Origin: Lingula anatina
Taxonomy: Eukaryota; Animalia; Brachiopoda
DNA: 64,000 nucleotides
Assembly: GCA_051362555.1 (NCBI GenBank)
Contig: CM120640.1
Span: 39,224,788 to 39,288,787, forward strand
Direction of reading: 5' to 3'
Shown here one piece after another: positions 39,450 through 52,161 of the stretch; position 1 is the stretch's first letter, and every line of letters begins with the position of its first letter. Made by a program: the position numbers and the translations under genes. The notes below the pieces were generated by a model. The model was not told where the DNA came from, did not search any database, and saw nothing but the letters and a program-made list of their open reading frames with translations.

Positions 39450-39546
39450 GACTGGGTTCCCATCCCTAGATCGATCTAACAGGATCGGTCCATCTCCACG
39501 GGGTCCCTTGCTAAATTGGGTCTGGGAATGGGTCTGGGAATGGTCT
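39450..39546. mobile_element. Internally deleted, inverted copy of the MITE at 40000-40223
   Basis: Termini GACTGGGTTCCCA and TGGGAATGGTCT are reverse complements of that element's ends; shares AGATCGATC. Confidence 0.6.
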
Positions 39547-39999
39547 TTTACATACTTAATCCTCAAATGAGGTATATACTGTATGTGACTCTGTGGCTTT
39601 TTTCCTTGACAATTATCAGCAATGCCATGACCAAGTCGTAGCAAGTATAGTAAAACCTAGATTTCATTTACACGGGCGCCGTGCGATGAAATTGTCCGTA
39701 CGATTTCTTTTTGAAATCGTAAGGAGCTACGGGCTTCGCCGGGTATGTCTACATTACATGGCCTTAAATCCGTACGATTCCGTGCGATTTCGCACGGCCA
39801 CCGTTACCTCCGCTCAGACGCCGTACGAAAAGAGTATTATGGGCAGTAGACGTGCACCGTACGGGCATCTCATTTCCAACGTTATCTAGGCTGAAGTTGA
39901 TTTGCTGTCACTTGAGAAAGCCAACAAGTTTGTTCATTCCTCTTAAAAAAGTATCAGCATGCTGTCGATAAAAATGATAAAAATAAAAATCTTATCTAA

Positions 40000-40223
40000 G
40001 AGACCATTCCCACAGATATTTAGATCGATCTATCCCCCTGGGGAGTCTCACTAGATTGCTGTTAGCTAACCGCTTAAATGTCTGTCCCGCCTACTAAAAG
40101 CTGTAAGGGGGTAATTAACTTTTGTGCGCGCTCGGCTCCCAGAAGCTGACAGCAATTTAGCGTGAACCCCCAGGGAGTTAGGTCGATCCAGATGGATCGA
40201 TCTAAATCTGTGGGAACCCAGTC
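40000..40223. mobile_element. Harbinger-like MITE
   Basis: TAA|GAGACCATTCCCACAGATATTAGATCGATC ... GATCGATCTAAATCTGTGGGAACCCAGTC|AAA. Confidence 0.65.
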
Positions 40224-42720
40224 AAAGCCTGCCAGATATGGCACGCTGGAATTACTACGGGGCACTCTTATTCCTTAGAGAATACCCAAAGGTGACCTCT
40301 TTGCAGCCCACCAAACGAAAAAGCTCGAGATTTTTGTAAATGATAACTTATGCTGACTCATTACATGCTGACTCACTATTCAGGATATGGAGTCTTATTT
40401 AACATGTGACACGTATATATATATTTTATCCCTTAATATATCCCTTAATAAACGGGCAATAATTTATAATGTCGAAGTAATTTTTCGAGACAATTCATTT
40501 GTGGGTCATATAAAAAAGTGGCCTTGGTTGGCTAAATCTCGAACAAACAAATCTCTGTGTAGTTTTCTTACTTGGCACGAATGATGATGTCAATTTTTGT
40601 GGAAATTTTAGTTGAAGAAGACATAATAAGAGCTTTCCGCATTATTTTCCCTGAACTCACACTGAACAGCACCGAATTGCCCACCTCGGAATCTCGGCGT
40701 ACTTACTTGTGTAAAAAAATGTTTAATGAGATCAAATTACATAAACATAGATTACATAATCTTTCAAGAATACCCGTATCATTGAAAAGGACACCAGGAA
40801 TCATAACGGTTGTTTTACCTTAATGTCTGACGAAACAACAAAAACACTTTAAACCATACATAATGCGCGTTTTAATGACCTGTGTCTATTCATGGACTTT
40901 TACCCTTTAAAATAATGACGCACGTTATCTTTATCATTATTTTTTTTAATAATCATTTCAAACGTTTATTTAATTGATTAAAACAAACTTCATTTGAATA
41001 CAATATTTTGTATAGGTATTCAATACACGTTTTATATATTGCAAGGCGAGTTTAATAAACCCTTTGTTTTATAACTTTGTTTTATAACCGCTACCGATTG
41101 CACCGAACCCGTAAAAAGCAGCGAAAAATAAAGACTGACATCTGACTTTTATTTTAGGGGAGTCATCTGTTTCCCTCTACCAAGACCACAGATTGATTTT
41201 TCACTACATATTCACAGATAATGTCTCTGGCTAAATATGGTCAATCTCAGAAGAGTAGGCCTACACATATTTTCGACGGGCCTGGAAGAGGGTAGCCGTC
41301 TGCATGGCTTTACACAATGATATGTAGTAGGGGCATATACATTAATGGTTTGATGTACAAATAAAGACACGCTGTACATGTCATGTGGATGTCCAAGTGC
41401 ATGGATGAATCGCACAATTGTTCGTGAGTAGGAAAAATTGCTTTTCCCCCGAGGAATATTCATTTTGGCAGGTAAATACCAAATAGAGATATTTTAAAGT
41501 TTATCAAGATAAAAACTCCATACACTTTCTCTACAGCTACGTGTATACCCGTAAACGAAGAAAGGACGCATGTACGTCTGTCTGGACTCCAATTTATTTG
41601 TTTCTTTATTTATTTTTTAATTTAATTTAATTTAATTTAATTTAATTTAATTTAATTTTATTTTATTCATTATTTATTTATTTTTATTTTTTGCATTTCT
41701 GAATCTTAGGTCTCGACATTTTAAATGCTTGCTTCAAAGTTTGGACAATCTGACCAAGATCCATGCTTCTATCACAGTTGTTGAAATGTACAACTCGCGA
41801 GAAGTTTCCTCTATTGGTGAAACAGGCACTTCAGTGAAGATAGAGCAAAGCTTTCATACCATTACATCTAATGGTATCTCCGGATTGAGTAGAATAGTTT
41901 TTTTGTTTAATGTATTATCTGACTCCCGTATTGCAAGAGGTGGAAAAATAATTCCTTACCTTTGATTCTGTGCTAAGTGACTTCTAATTCTATATAATGC
42001 GTGTTAGATATGTCTCATAAAGGGGGATGTTTTCGTTTTTTTCTTCAGATTATCAAGAAACCTAGTGAAAATTAGTTAAGCATAGGTCACGCCGACGGTC
42101 ATTGAAAGTAGGGAAAGGGGACTAAGCACACGTTTTACTTTGTCTTGGAGTAAACCCTCGATAATTTAGTGTGTCTGCAGTGGCATGCTTATACTTCACT
42201 TATTTCTTAACAATTTTTGTAAAGTGATTATCAGTTACGGTTCTATTACTTGGCCCTTGCAACCTTTGGTGACAGTTCCGAATCATGTTACGTTATCCTC
42301 TAAGTAGATGTATTGTTATACATGGACTCAACCATGAGCAACTGTGTTGTCTGAAATAGTGAATAGTACAAATGTCTTTGTACTTACATATTTGTTTGTA
42401 TCTATTTCAGTGTAGGCCCCCAGTAGCCAACAAGATTATCATGGATAGGACGGGATTAGGATAATTAAGAAACGTGTATGTACTTCATAAACATGGATGA
42501 TTTCATCAAGTTAGGAGGAACATGTAACCCTATACCATTCTTTTTACAGGGCCTTGAACATATTTGGGACAAGCATTATTTTTCAAATAGGCCCACATGT
42601 GAACAACTTTTTGACAACTCGATCCCATATAAAAACTCACACCATTGGGTTTTCCAAAAATGTATTACCAGAAAAATGGAAGCAAATTGAAGAATGACCA
42701 GAAAAAAACAGCAATCAGTC

Positions 42721-44190
42721 TCATACAGTATGAAAGTTGGCGCCAGTTGCACGTTTAGCCGCTCTGCGAACATACTCGTGAAGGGCTCCCGTGTTCGGCC
42801 CTCGTTGCGATTGGTGAGATTTGTCGGAAGCAATCACATTTTGCATTATTCCTTTCAAGCCTCTTAATCTCAAAAGTACACTGCTGTAGTCGTTTATATG
42901 CACCCCGATATACAGAGTGTCATCGCCCTCGACGATCAGACCGACGGGAAATATGAAGGGATCTTCTATGTACTTATAACGTACAATAGGAACACTTTTC
43001 ATGATGTCCTGATGGATTCTGATATTATCACTTACATAGACTACACGCCTTTGTTCCGCATGAAGCACAATTATGTGAGTCGTATAATATCTACGCGTCA
43101 GATTGTCCACCCGCTTTTTGAACAGAGTACAGTGTGCGACGGATATATAGTACGGGTAGCTGTACAACTCGAATGGAGTGCCTCCTCGCAAATGGTTACC
43201 GAGATCTTGAAACTGATAACTCGGGTCTTCAAAGTGGACAAAAGAGCACACCATTTGTCTTGAGCACATCATGATTCGTAGAGGATCTAAATTGTGAACA
43301 AAATATAATGTCCCATGGTCATTGTAGGCCGCCCAGTGTTTATCTCGAGGGATACCCTTGTCCATTGGTCGGGGTTTTACTCCACCATTTGTTATCTGAG
43401 GTACGATAACTTTTTCTCTCACATAATCCCACATCAGTGTATAATCCAAAACATCGCCGTTCTGGAAAAATATCCCCGTGTTCAGAGACACGAAAACATC
43501 ACTCCCTACTTTGAACAGTCTCGGTTCTATAGGTCCATCACCGATCCAGAAGTTCTTTGGTGCCGGAATGCCCATTAGAGAGCCATTTGTGATAGGTTTT
43601 AAATTTTGGTCAAATTTCTGGACATAAAAATAATTGTCCTGAAAGCTGTTATAGGGGTAATTTTTCTTGTCTTCGTATTTCTCTTTGTCTAGCCAGATGC
43701 GCAATATGGCTACCAGCTCACCGTTGTACCACGTGATGGCGGGGCTATTGGCAAAGAATACATTTTGGTGAGGCGGATCGGGAAACATTTGTGCAACTCG
43801 TTTTTCAACGCCAGGGGAAAACGAATACACCAGCGAGGACGTAACGTTCGTGCGGAAGGTAAGGGAAGACACATTCCCAAGAAATACAATACCGTCCATT
43901 TCATATGTCATAGAGAACCGATCTTTTGCTTCGATAGTTGGATTTCGCGAAGAGTCGGAATCTCTTGACTGGCGTCTTTTGACATCGTCACTGGTATTCA
44001 CAGTGTCTGAGTATTTGTCTGATTGCAGCCGTCGCAAACGCGGCTCGGTTCCCGTTTCCAGAGCCTGAAAGTCTCGTCCAGCATCGTTTCTCATTAGTAG
44101 CACCACAACGCCCAAGAGACAAAGCAGAAAAATGCCAAACCGTCGTGTCTGGCGAATTTTGAAGGCTCGAAGTAAATTGCTTAGGTCCAT
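42721..44190 (-). CDS. Type II membrane protein, putative beta-propeller glycosyltransferase/phosphorylase (beta-1,2-mannosyltransferase GT91/GT108- or GH130-like), ~489 aa in one exon
   Basis: Short basic N-tail, single TM (FGIFLLCLLGVVVLLM), polar stem, then NSPAI..LRIW, GPIEPRLF, RDKHW, HNLDPLRI, LRGGTP, FPVGL. These resemble the NPS / GxEDPR / EKNW / RGG motif series of that clan. An acceptor TTTTTGCAG 6 nt upstream of ATG 44190 suggests the first 15 aa of the ORF-track call are intronic. Coding status is very likely; function is moderate confidence. Confidence 0.7.
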   Translation of the reverse strand: MDLSNLLRAFKIRQTRRFGIFLLCLLGVVVLLMRNDAGRDFQALETGTEPRLRRLQSDKYSDTVNTSDDVKRRQSRDSDSSRNPTIEAKDRFSMTYEMDGIVFLGNVSSLTFRTNVTSSLVYSFSPGVEKRVAQMFPDPPHQNVFFANSPAITWYNGELVAILRIWLDKEKYEDKKNYPYNSFQDNYFYVQKFDQNLKPITNGSLMGIPAPKNFWIGDGPIEPRLFKVGSDVFVSLNTGIFFQNGDVLDYTLMWDYVREKVIVPQITNGGVKPRPMDKGIPRDKHWAAYNDHGTLYFVHNLDPLRIMMCSRQMVCSFVHFEDPSYQFQDLGNHLRGGTPFELYSYPYYISVAHCTLFKKRVDNLTRRYYTTHIIVLHAEQRRVVYVSDNIRIHQDIMKSVPIVRYKYIEDPFIFPVGLIVEGDDTLYIGVHINDYSSVLLRLRGLKGIMQNVIASDKSHQSQRGPNTGALHEYVRRAAKRATGANFHTV

Positions 44191-46958
44191 GGCTTTCTGC
44201 AAAAAGCAAAGGATGATTACTTTCATACAAATCAAATGTTATTGCTTGTTATTTTCAATTGTCCGTTTCGAAAAAAAAACTGTTCACAAAACTTCAAAAA
44301 AATTTTAAGACGTGACAAGAAAACAAAGAACGACAATTGTTAACCACGGAAATATTTCTCCAAAAAGAAAAAAACCCACCGTTTTCTTAGAATAAATGTG
44401 ACTATAAGCCTAGATCACATGTCCTATCTTTATGTCTTAAAGATAGGATATGCCGTCTGTCTGACTGAGTTCATTTTTAAATATCAAAGTTATCACACGA
44501 TAGCTGAACTAATTCAGTGCACACAGCTGATCTCGTTTCAAGATTAATTCAGGCTAGACTTTAATGGGGACTTTTAAGGGGGGGGGGGAGATACTTATGT
44601 ACATGAACCATCACAAGTTGTCACAAAATTGCCGTTGCAACGAATGATCACCAATGGCCAATAAAATATAATAATGCATTTGATTTATTAAGATGTTTAG
44701 TCTTTTTGTAGATGGCGTAATAGCCGCGATTTCAAAGTAAAAAAGTAATTTTTCTCGTTCACCATACCAGCTATACCTTTAGGCTTATGGAAGAAGACTA
44801 ACAAAGTTTCTGGACATGTGCAGTTCAGATGTGTGATATTAGATTTTTTTTTAATGTTTGTATATTTGATGGGGGTTTCAACGCAAAATATTGAAAAATA
44901 TCGGATCACAAACACAGATTTCGCTTTGAAAAAACTTTTGACTAGAAAATCAAGCTTTTGATGATAAGAAGTGTATGCGAGGACCAAACATATTTTAATC
45001 AGTTTAATATGTTGTTTTAATTCTTAAATGATTGACAGTCATTCCATTACTGGGCAATAATACTAAATTTCCTCTTTTCGAACTATTTTTCTTCAATAAA
45101 TCTTTCGCTGGTTTTATTCCTACAGATTTACGCCAAGAGAGTGCAAATAAAGTGTAATGACTTCAGTACAGAAAAACCTGCACTACTGTACTTATCCAAG
45201 TGCAGCAAGGACAGAAATAGATAATTGATGATAATGTTTAATACTTTATCAGATTTTGTTGAGTCGAGACATTCGGTACTGTTCCTACCTTTCAATTAAG
45301 CCTTCGCAGGCATTTAATACCACCCCTGGTCCGAAACGACAGCAGACAAAGCCATTAGTCGCGTGATACACCTAGAGTTCATGTCGCCAGCACCATCCCT
45401 CAGGTCGTTTTCTTACCCTAGAACAAAAAATGAATTCATCATTCAAGGACAAACAAAGGAGTTGCGTAATTTATATTTCATAATCTGAGAAGGACGTGTA
45501 TGAATTACTTTGTGACACGTTTTGCTCCCACCACGATACTCATATTTCGAAAGTTTCTGGTCAACAAGAGGGATTGGTGATCTCATTTTTTTCTCTCGAC
45601 AATTAAAGACTATCATTTTTACCATACACGCAAAGCCAGGTATATATCGGGCAGATAAACGTCCAACAAAACCTTAATTTTACATTGATATAAAATAACA
45701 CTGACATTCGCATAATTTAATACATACATGTATGGCATGAAAACATCAGTCGCTGCATTAAATGTGTTGGGCATTACCTAATCATAACAGTATTTTAGGC
45801 TTGTTCAACACAGTCAGTGCCCAGTGACTGTGCGTGTAGCATATAAATCTGCCAGCCAAAAAAAGTGGAATCCAAATAAATTAACTGCCTAACAGAGACG
45901 CCACCAAAGTAATGGAGACAACAGAAGGACGATTTAAAGCTAACTTTTACAACTATCCTATTTTTCACTGTTCTTATCATATGTGATCACGCCTAAAATT
46001 TTATCCAGAATATCAAAAAGATGCACTCACGGTTTATAATTATACATTCAGTTACGTATGACAATACGAATTAAAAGCACCGACGAAAGTTTTTTCCTTC
46101 GATTTTCTATCAAACTTTTATATATATTTTTTTTTTGTGTAATTACAACTCCCCGTCACCCCCCTCCACCCTCATCACGAAAAACAGTTTGGATATTAGA
46201 GCCATTTATACAAAGGGTTGAAACTGAGTCTGATATGCTTTAGGTGCTTCTAAGATCATATCGGTGGATACTTAAATTAATTTTGCCCCAAGTCGTATAG
46301 AAACAGTGATTTATACCCAGCACATGAAAAGAACTGGTAATTTAAACGATAGTTAGAAAGCGAAAAGATATTTTACAAGATATGATGCCTTTTGCTATGC
46401 CATTAATATTAGTCTTTCGCTATCTCAGGAAATGGTTTCTCGTTTTAACAGATAATATACTACTTGTTTCTCACCTTATCCCCCAGCAAAACGTACTGCC
46501 GAAGCTAGAAAAGGATATATATTGGTCTACATAGAAATCCTCACCGTACACTATTCAAAGACTATAGAGGCGCATACCCAGTTTGTCTACCTGCATGTAT
46601 GAGTAAGCCTTTGTCCCCACTGTTCTGTGTACAGGGCACCAGGTGGGGCGAACAGAGAGTATTTATACACCTTACATACCTTTATATTGAGAATCGATAT
46701 TTTCGAGTACGTGTTTGGCACTGGGTAGAAAGTCAACTAGGCCTACTAGGCCACTATGACCCAACACACACCACCAAATGCTAGTTTTTACTAGAATGTA
46801 CATACACCTGACTAATATGTGAAACTAAGCTAGAATGTTACAATAAATCCCTATGGTAAGCTTATAAGTTCATAAGTTCCATATAGCCGTTTAACGCACT
46901 ATCATCAGCTACAGTATACGATATAATGTCCATGGGTATTTGTGACAAGAAAACTTAC

Positions 46959-47140
46959 CTTCATCGGTCGAGAGAAGGGTCCCCATTTCCTCTGTCTGTC
47001 TTGAGTACCACAAGGCCGCTGTTCACAACACGGTAGAGGTGTTAACTGTTGATTATCACCTGAGCGTTGAGGTATCAGGGCGTGACGAAATTGGCCGTCG
47101 GCCTTTCCCTTGCTCTTTGTCGGGTGTCATTGGCTGGCGC
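46959..47140 (-). other. Candidate first exon and promoter of the glycosyltransferase-like gene
   Basis: Strong donor ATGAAG|GTAAGT at 46959 would splice in frame (M-K|K-A-M-D) to the acceptor at 44196; CCAAT on minus at ~47129; CpG-rich. Confidence 0.45.
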
Positions 47141-47769
47141 GAACTGTGCCGCGTTTAACACCGTATTGAGAAAAACGTTTTCAGGCTGACCCCGGGAAAG
47201 CAACCGTTTTATTTTCACTGAACACTTACGTCATTTATCAATATAGCAGGCTCCACAATAAGCGGGCGGGGCTCATACGAGGGGTAATTCACGTTCCCAG
47301 CGTTTAGCTGTCACACAACACATCGGCTTAATCCAACACCCATTTTAGTGAAAACAGTGCAGGACACTGTTCCAGCATTACGCTATTTCGGAGAGTTAAT
47401 GTTGACAGGGCCTTATATTATACAAGTCCATATCATTAGAATAAAAGGAACAAACTGTATTTGTATGCTTACAAGAGATCTATCAGAGCTCTGTGCCATC
47501 TAATACAAAATGAGAAGGTGTAGGGACATCATCTGGATTTTCTCACACTCCTGGTTCCTTAATATCTCATTAAACTTAATAAGCACCAAGTAATGTGGTA
47601 ATTAGGCTCTTTCCCAAGCCAATTTCAGTAAATTCAATGGGAAAGATAAGGCTTACAACAAAGGGGTTCTCATTGTAGTAATTACCTTTGAATATATAAT
47701 TTCTTTATTAGACCCACGTGTCCCTCACGCCGAGTCACGGCCCCGAGCCGCTCTGTGACAGCCCTCTAA

Positions 47770-48036
47770 GGGAGCGTTCCCATAAATCCATCGTACTAGC
47801 TGGATCGTTCTAACTCTGCGGAGGATTTTCGCTAACTTGCATTCAGTACCAGCGGGTTAAATGTCTGACAGGCCTACTCAAGCCGCTAGGGGATAATTAA
47901 AGATAGTCAATTACCCCCCAGTTACTCAAGGGGGCGTGCCAGACAATTAAGCTGATTACACTGAAGACACTTTAGCGAGAAGCCGCGTAGAGTATGATCG
48001 AACCAGTTAGTACACTGGGTTTATGGGAACGCAGTC
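47770..48036. mobile_element. Harbinger-like MITE with long imperfect TIRs and TAA TSD
   Basis: TAA|GGGAGCGTTCCCATAAATCCATCGTACTAGCTGG ... CCAGTTAGTACACTGGGTTTATGGGAACGCAGTC|TAA. Confidence 0.7.
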
Positions 48037-49822
48037 TAAGAGTATCCATTTACGTGTGTATGAATTCACAGGTGTATAGCTCCGAGACCAGTATGCTGTA
48101 ATTATTCGGTTTTATAACAAACATTATCAAATAATTGTAGGTTGAAAATGTCATTTTATTGACATTAATACCTTGATTATGACTCAAAGTACGAAATATA
48201 AATACTGATAACTGAATATATATCTGTAAATATTACATGTATGGAGGCGTAAAAATTTTATATGCAATTTTTGTGCACGTATGGCAGTCGACAGGTATGG
48301 AGACTACGTAGTAGGGTTTAGTAGAGGAGGGTGGGGAAAGCAAAATTGGTGAATTTAAGCATTCAGCGGCCATTTCGTCATGACTAAGGCCACGTTTCTT
48401 TTCAGACAGCAGTTTAGTTACATACCAGTGTAATTATGTCACACCGAAAGGAAACACTCACATTGTGGCTTATAGCTGGGGGGGGGGGGAACAGAGCCAG
48501 GAGAAATAGGACTAGATTTTATTCTAAAAAGAAAGAAAAAATGAAAATAACATAACTAGTAATATGACCAAAAAATTACCCTAACTTAGAAAGTGGCAGG
48601 TCATATTGTTAACAACAAAAAGAAATGCACTATTATATCGTTGTTCAAAGTTGCTAGTCCTGTTTCGTGAGGTAATACTGAACTCTTTTGTTGGACAGCC
48701 GCTCCTATCGCATTGCTCGGACGGGTCAGGACAAGATTGTCACTGTCAGGCCAATGAGTTATATACCTCTTTTTCCGCCCTTTGGTCAGGCGTTCAGCAA
48801 AATTACCTAACTTCAAACGTCGTAAAATCTATATACAGGCCTAAAGCTTTCTCGTGTCTGCTGCCCATACCCACTGCCATTTCAAGGGGTTTAAAATAAA
48901 AAAGGCAAACCCTGAAAAAATAGTATGGTGGGGGAGGAGGGGTAGCCATCTTGGTTATTTATTTATTTTCATTTTGTTTATTTATTTTGGTCCTATATTG
49001 CGGCAGAATGTCTTACCTTATATCACGTGATCGCTCGGTCAGCACCTTGACAAAAACAGTGTCATTGATATTATAATGATAAACCCCCAACTTTCGATAT
49101 ATTATTTGGCTATAACATAGACGACCCCCTCCCCCACACAAATACTCTAGGCCCAAACAAAACACCGAGTGGTGGACGCACCGAGACATGCCCTGCGTGT
49201 GCGCACGTATGCGCTCACGTCAGCGTCATGTACACCGATACGTACGGTGAAATGATACAGTCAAGAGACATTAATATTTTAACACTAAAACAACGTAAGC
49301 TATTCATAAGAGGCCTGGAAAACGATCCGAATCTTTGAGATCCTCGCGTCAAATTCTTTCCCTGGAGGGTAGCATGATATGTATGCGGTAGGCCCACTAC
49401 ATTTTCGTAATTGATACTTGTTCACGTTGTTGTTTATGTGACACGAAAATGAGTCGGTCTCAATCCGATGCAATAAACACACCGCCCTAGGTGTCACTGC
49501 TTGTAATTCCCAGCTCTAATTAAACACAAACTGTGTCTGTTTAATGTTCAAACGAAAACCAACGTGTCTCAGTTCTAGGTTGTTTAATACTTAAGACATA
49601 TGTTTGGAAATTATTCTTGAAAACTGGCTCGGTAATTTAAATAAGCACGGCAATTTATCAAAAAACTGTCCATTTTAAAACACGTTGGTTTTAATTCGCT
49701 GCAATATTTCCAGATATAGTCGTTTATGACTATTAACTTGAGGCTTTTTATTTGTTAGGATGTTGTAGTTCTATACCAATTGTTTCCAGAGTGTGGACCT
49801 TTCTGGCAGTCTAACAAGTAAC

Positions 49823-49859
<37 letters not shown>

Positions 49860-50824
49860 GTTAAGATGACCGGTCTCATTTTTTGTTGGAAAAAGTGCAA
49901 ATTATTTTTTATGCTCTGTTCTTCACTTATAGATAAAATATGCTATTTTTGAAATAGAGTTAAAATGTTAATGTGCATGCAAAATTATAACTTAAATATT
50001 AAAAACTGATATGAACAATGCGTCCCAGAAGGGAGTTTTGAACGGTGCGAAGTCGAGATCGGTTTTTAAAAGAAAAAGTTTCGAAAACTGGGTAACAGTC
50101 AAAGATATACATTGCTTTTAACTAAGGTATTAAGAGATGTAATGAAAATACTAACGTGGTCATACAGTATACTGGGTCAATGAAAGAAAATAAGGACCAG
50201 GCATTAGGGTTTTTATTTAGTTAATTGCTGTGGTATTTTGAATATCTGTTACAACAGACTTACCCGATTTAAACGCACTTGATGTCCTGAACGCTAGTCT
50301 CTGACGTACTGCTGTGAATATTTTGACTCGCGTAACAATACAAAAGGCAACTTTGTTGTGATGATTGTAGGACAATGATGATGACAGTTGGTTTTCAGTT
50401 ATTTCAGTATGCTACATGTAGCAGACCCTTTCACGCCTCCGATACATGGACCCAGAATGCGTTTTTCTTTAAAGCTTTTTTTTATTTGATAGAATTTGTT
50501 AAATAAAGAATAAGCAGATTTTGGTATAAATCAAAAGGGAAGCGACTTTAAGAACAAAGCCATAAACACGGAAATTGATTTTATTATAGTTCCAAAATCA
50601 AAATGATTAAGCTACATTACTATTTAACCATAACGTTTGAGGATGTGCTCCAGGAGTGATGAGTTTCAATCAATGTCTAGTTAACGGATGCTTTCTAAGC
50701 ATTTAGACCTACCTGTGTCGGCGTGCAAGCCTCTAATCAAAGCCTCCCTCCCCCCGTATCATTTAGTTTCTCAGTTAGCCGGGTTCTTTGGTTCACTTTG
50801 ATGGCGTGTACCACCCTATGGCGG

Positions 50825-50826
<2 letters not shown>

Positions 50827-50861
<35 letters not shown>
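50827..50861. repeat. (CA)n microsatellite (others: (TTTAA)n ~41616, (AAT)n ~49824, (CT)n(CA)n ~52120)
   Basis: Directly visible. Confidence 0.9.
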
Positions 50862-50863
<2 letters not shown>

Positions 50864-52119
50864 TTATATAAGATGTATTAGCTTGTGCGCCATTATCCGG
50901 CTTGTCCGTGTGGGATAGAAGTTTATAAGGATTGAGAAAGCTTCTGTTGTAATCTGTCCTCCCTTCTTCTGCTTCCCAGTTAAATATCACGCAGTTAAAT
51001 ATCATGGGGCTGTTCAACTAATCAGGTGAAGCACAATGCTCTAAAAAAAAAAAAATTAGTCAGGACGCATTCCAATGCAATAGTCTTCAAATGAAAATGT
51101 CCAACCAGAAAAAAACCTGCAAGACAGCATGTGGTTCTGTTGCTACGACAAATGGTCAAATGGTGCGTTTCTGGTTTCGTGTCACGTTCACATTACTTAC
51201 TTATCTGATGATTGAATGCGTCTGTATCGTGATAATTTCTATCAAAATGACCCGTTTAATTGTTCGTCTTTTGGGCCCTTTTGCTGTTTGATATGCAGAA
51301 ATATTTTTAAAAAACCCCACTTGAAATGATGAAGTCTCCTTGCTTAAGTAGAAGTTAGACACGCTCCTTGAGCGATTAAGGGGATCTGTGTAAACGCTAC
51401 TTGACACAAGAATGTTTAAAAGTCGACGCTGTGATGAAGTACAGAAAACTGTCGCGGGCAGCCACGAGCCCGTTAAGTACCCTGGACACCAACGTCAGCA
51501 CAGTGCCCAGACAAATAAAACGCATTAGTTTAGATTAATTAATCATACAGAGGTCAAATTACGGCGCACTTATTACGTCAATAAGGGTGTTATCATTTGA
51601 TTTGTACTAAAAATGTATTTCTTGAAAAATTCAAGAACGTGACATACAGATGGCATGAATAGTAAAGCAGCTATAACGTTCTCGTAATAAGTTTCGACGG
51701 AGCATAACGAAATGAACAAGGCCCGTTTCAGCCGCCACCAGAATTCGCTTAAAACTTCTAACAATACAACTGGCACATCTAGCCGAATGCCGCCGTATTA
51801 GTTCTTCTCTGTCACGTACTTCAACTTACGGCTTTTTATATGTGGCGCACGGATTTACATTTTACCAATTATAAAGTATTAGCACTTGCTGATTGACTAT
51901 GTACATTTGAATATGACAAATATTAAACGTACATTAAATATTACTTGTAATAAAACTGTTAAAATGGTCATATGTGAAACAAAGCGGAAAACAAAAAATT
52001 AATGCTCATGAAGAGATAGAAAAAACAATTTGAATAAAATGCAAAGAGGAAGGCATTGTGACACAAGTGCAAATGATAAAGATTCTGCGCCCACATTCCA
52101 TCACATTTCTCCATCTCTT

Positions 52120-52161
<42 letters not shown>

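Noticed and set aside
42898-44068. Plus-strand ORFs over the glycosyltransferase-like gene
   Set aside because: Antisense shadows of the long ORF.
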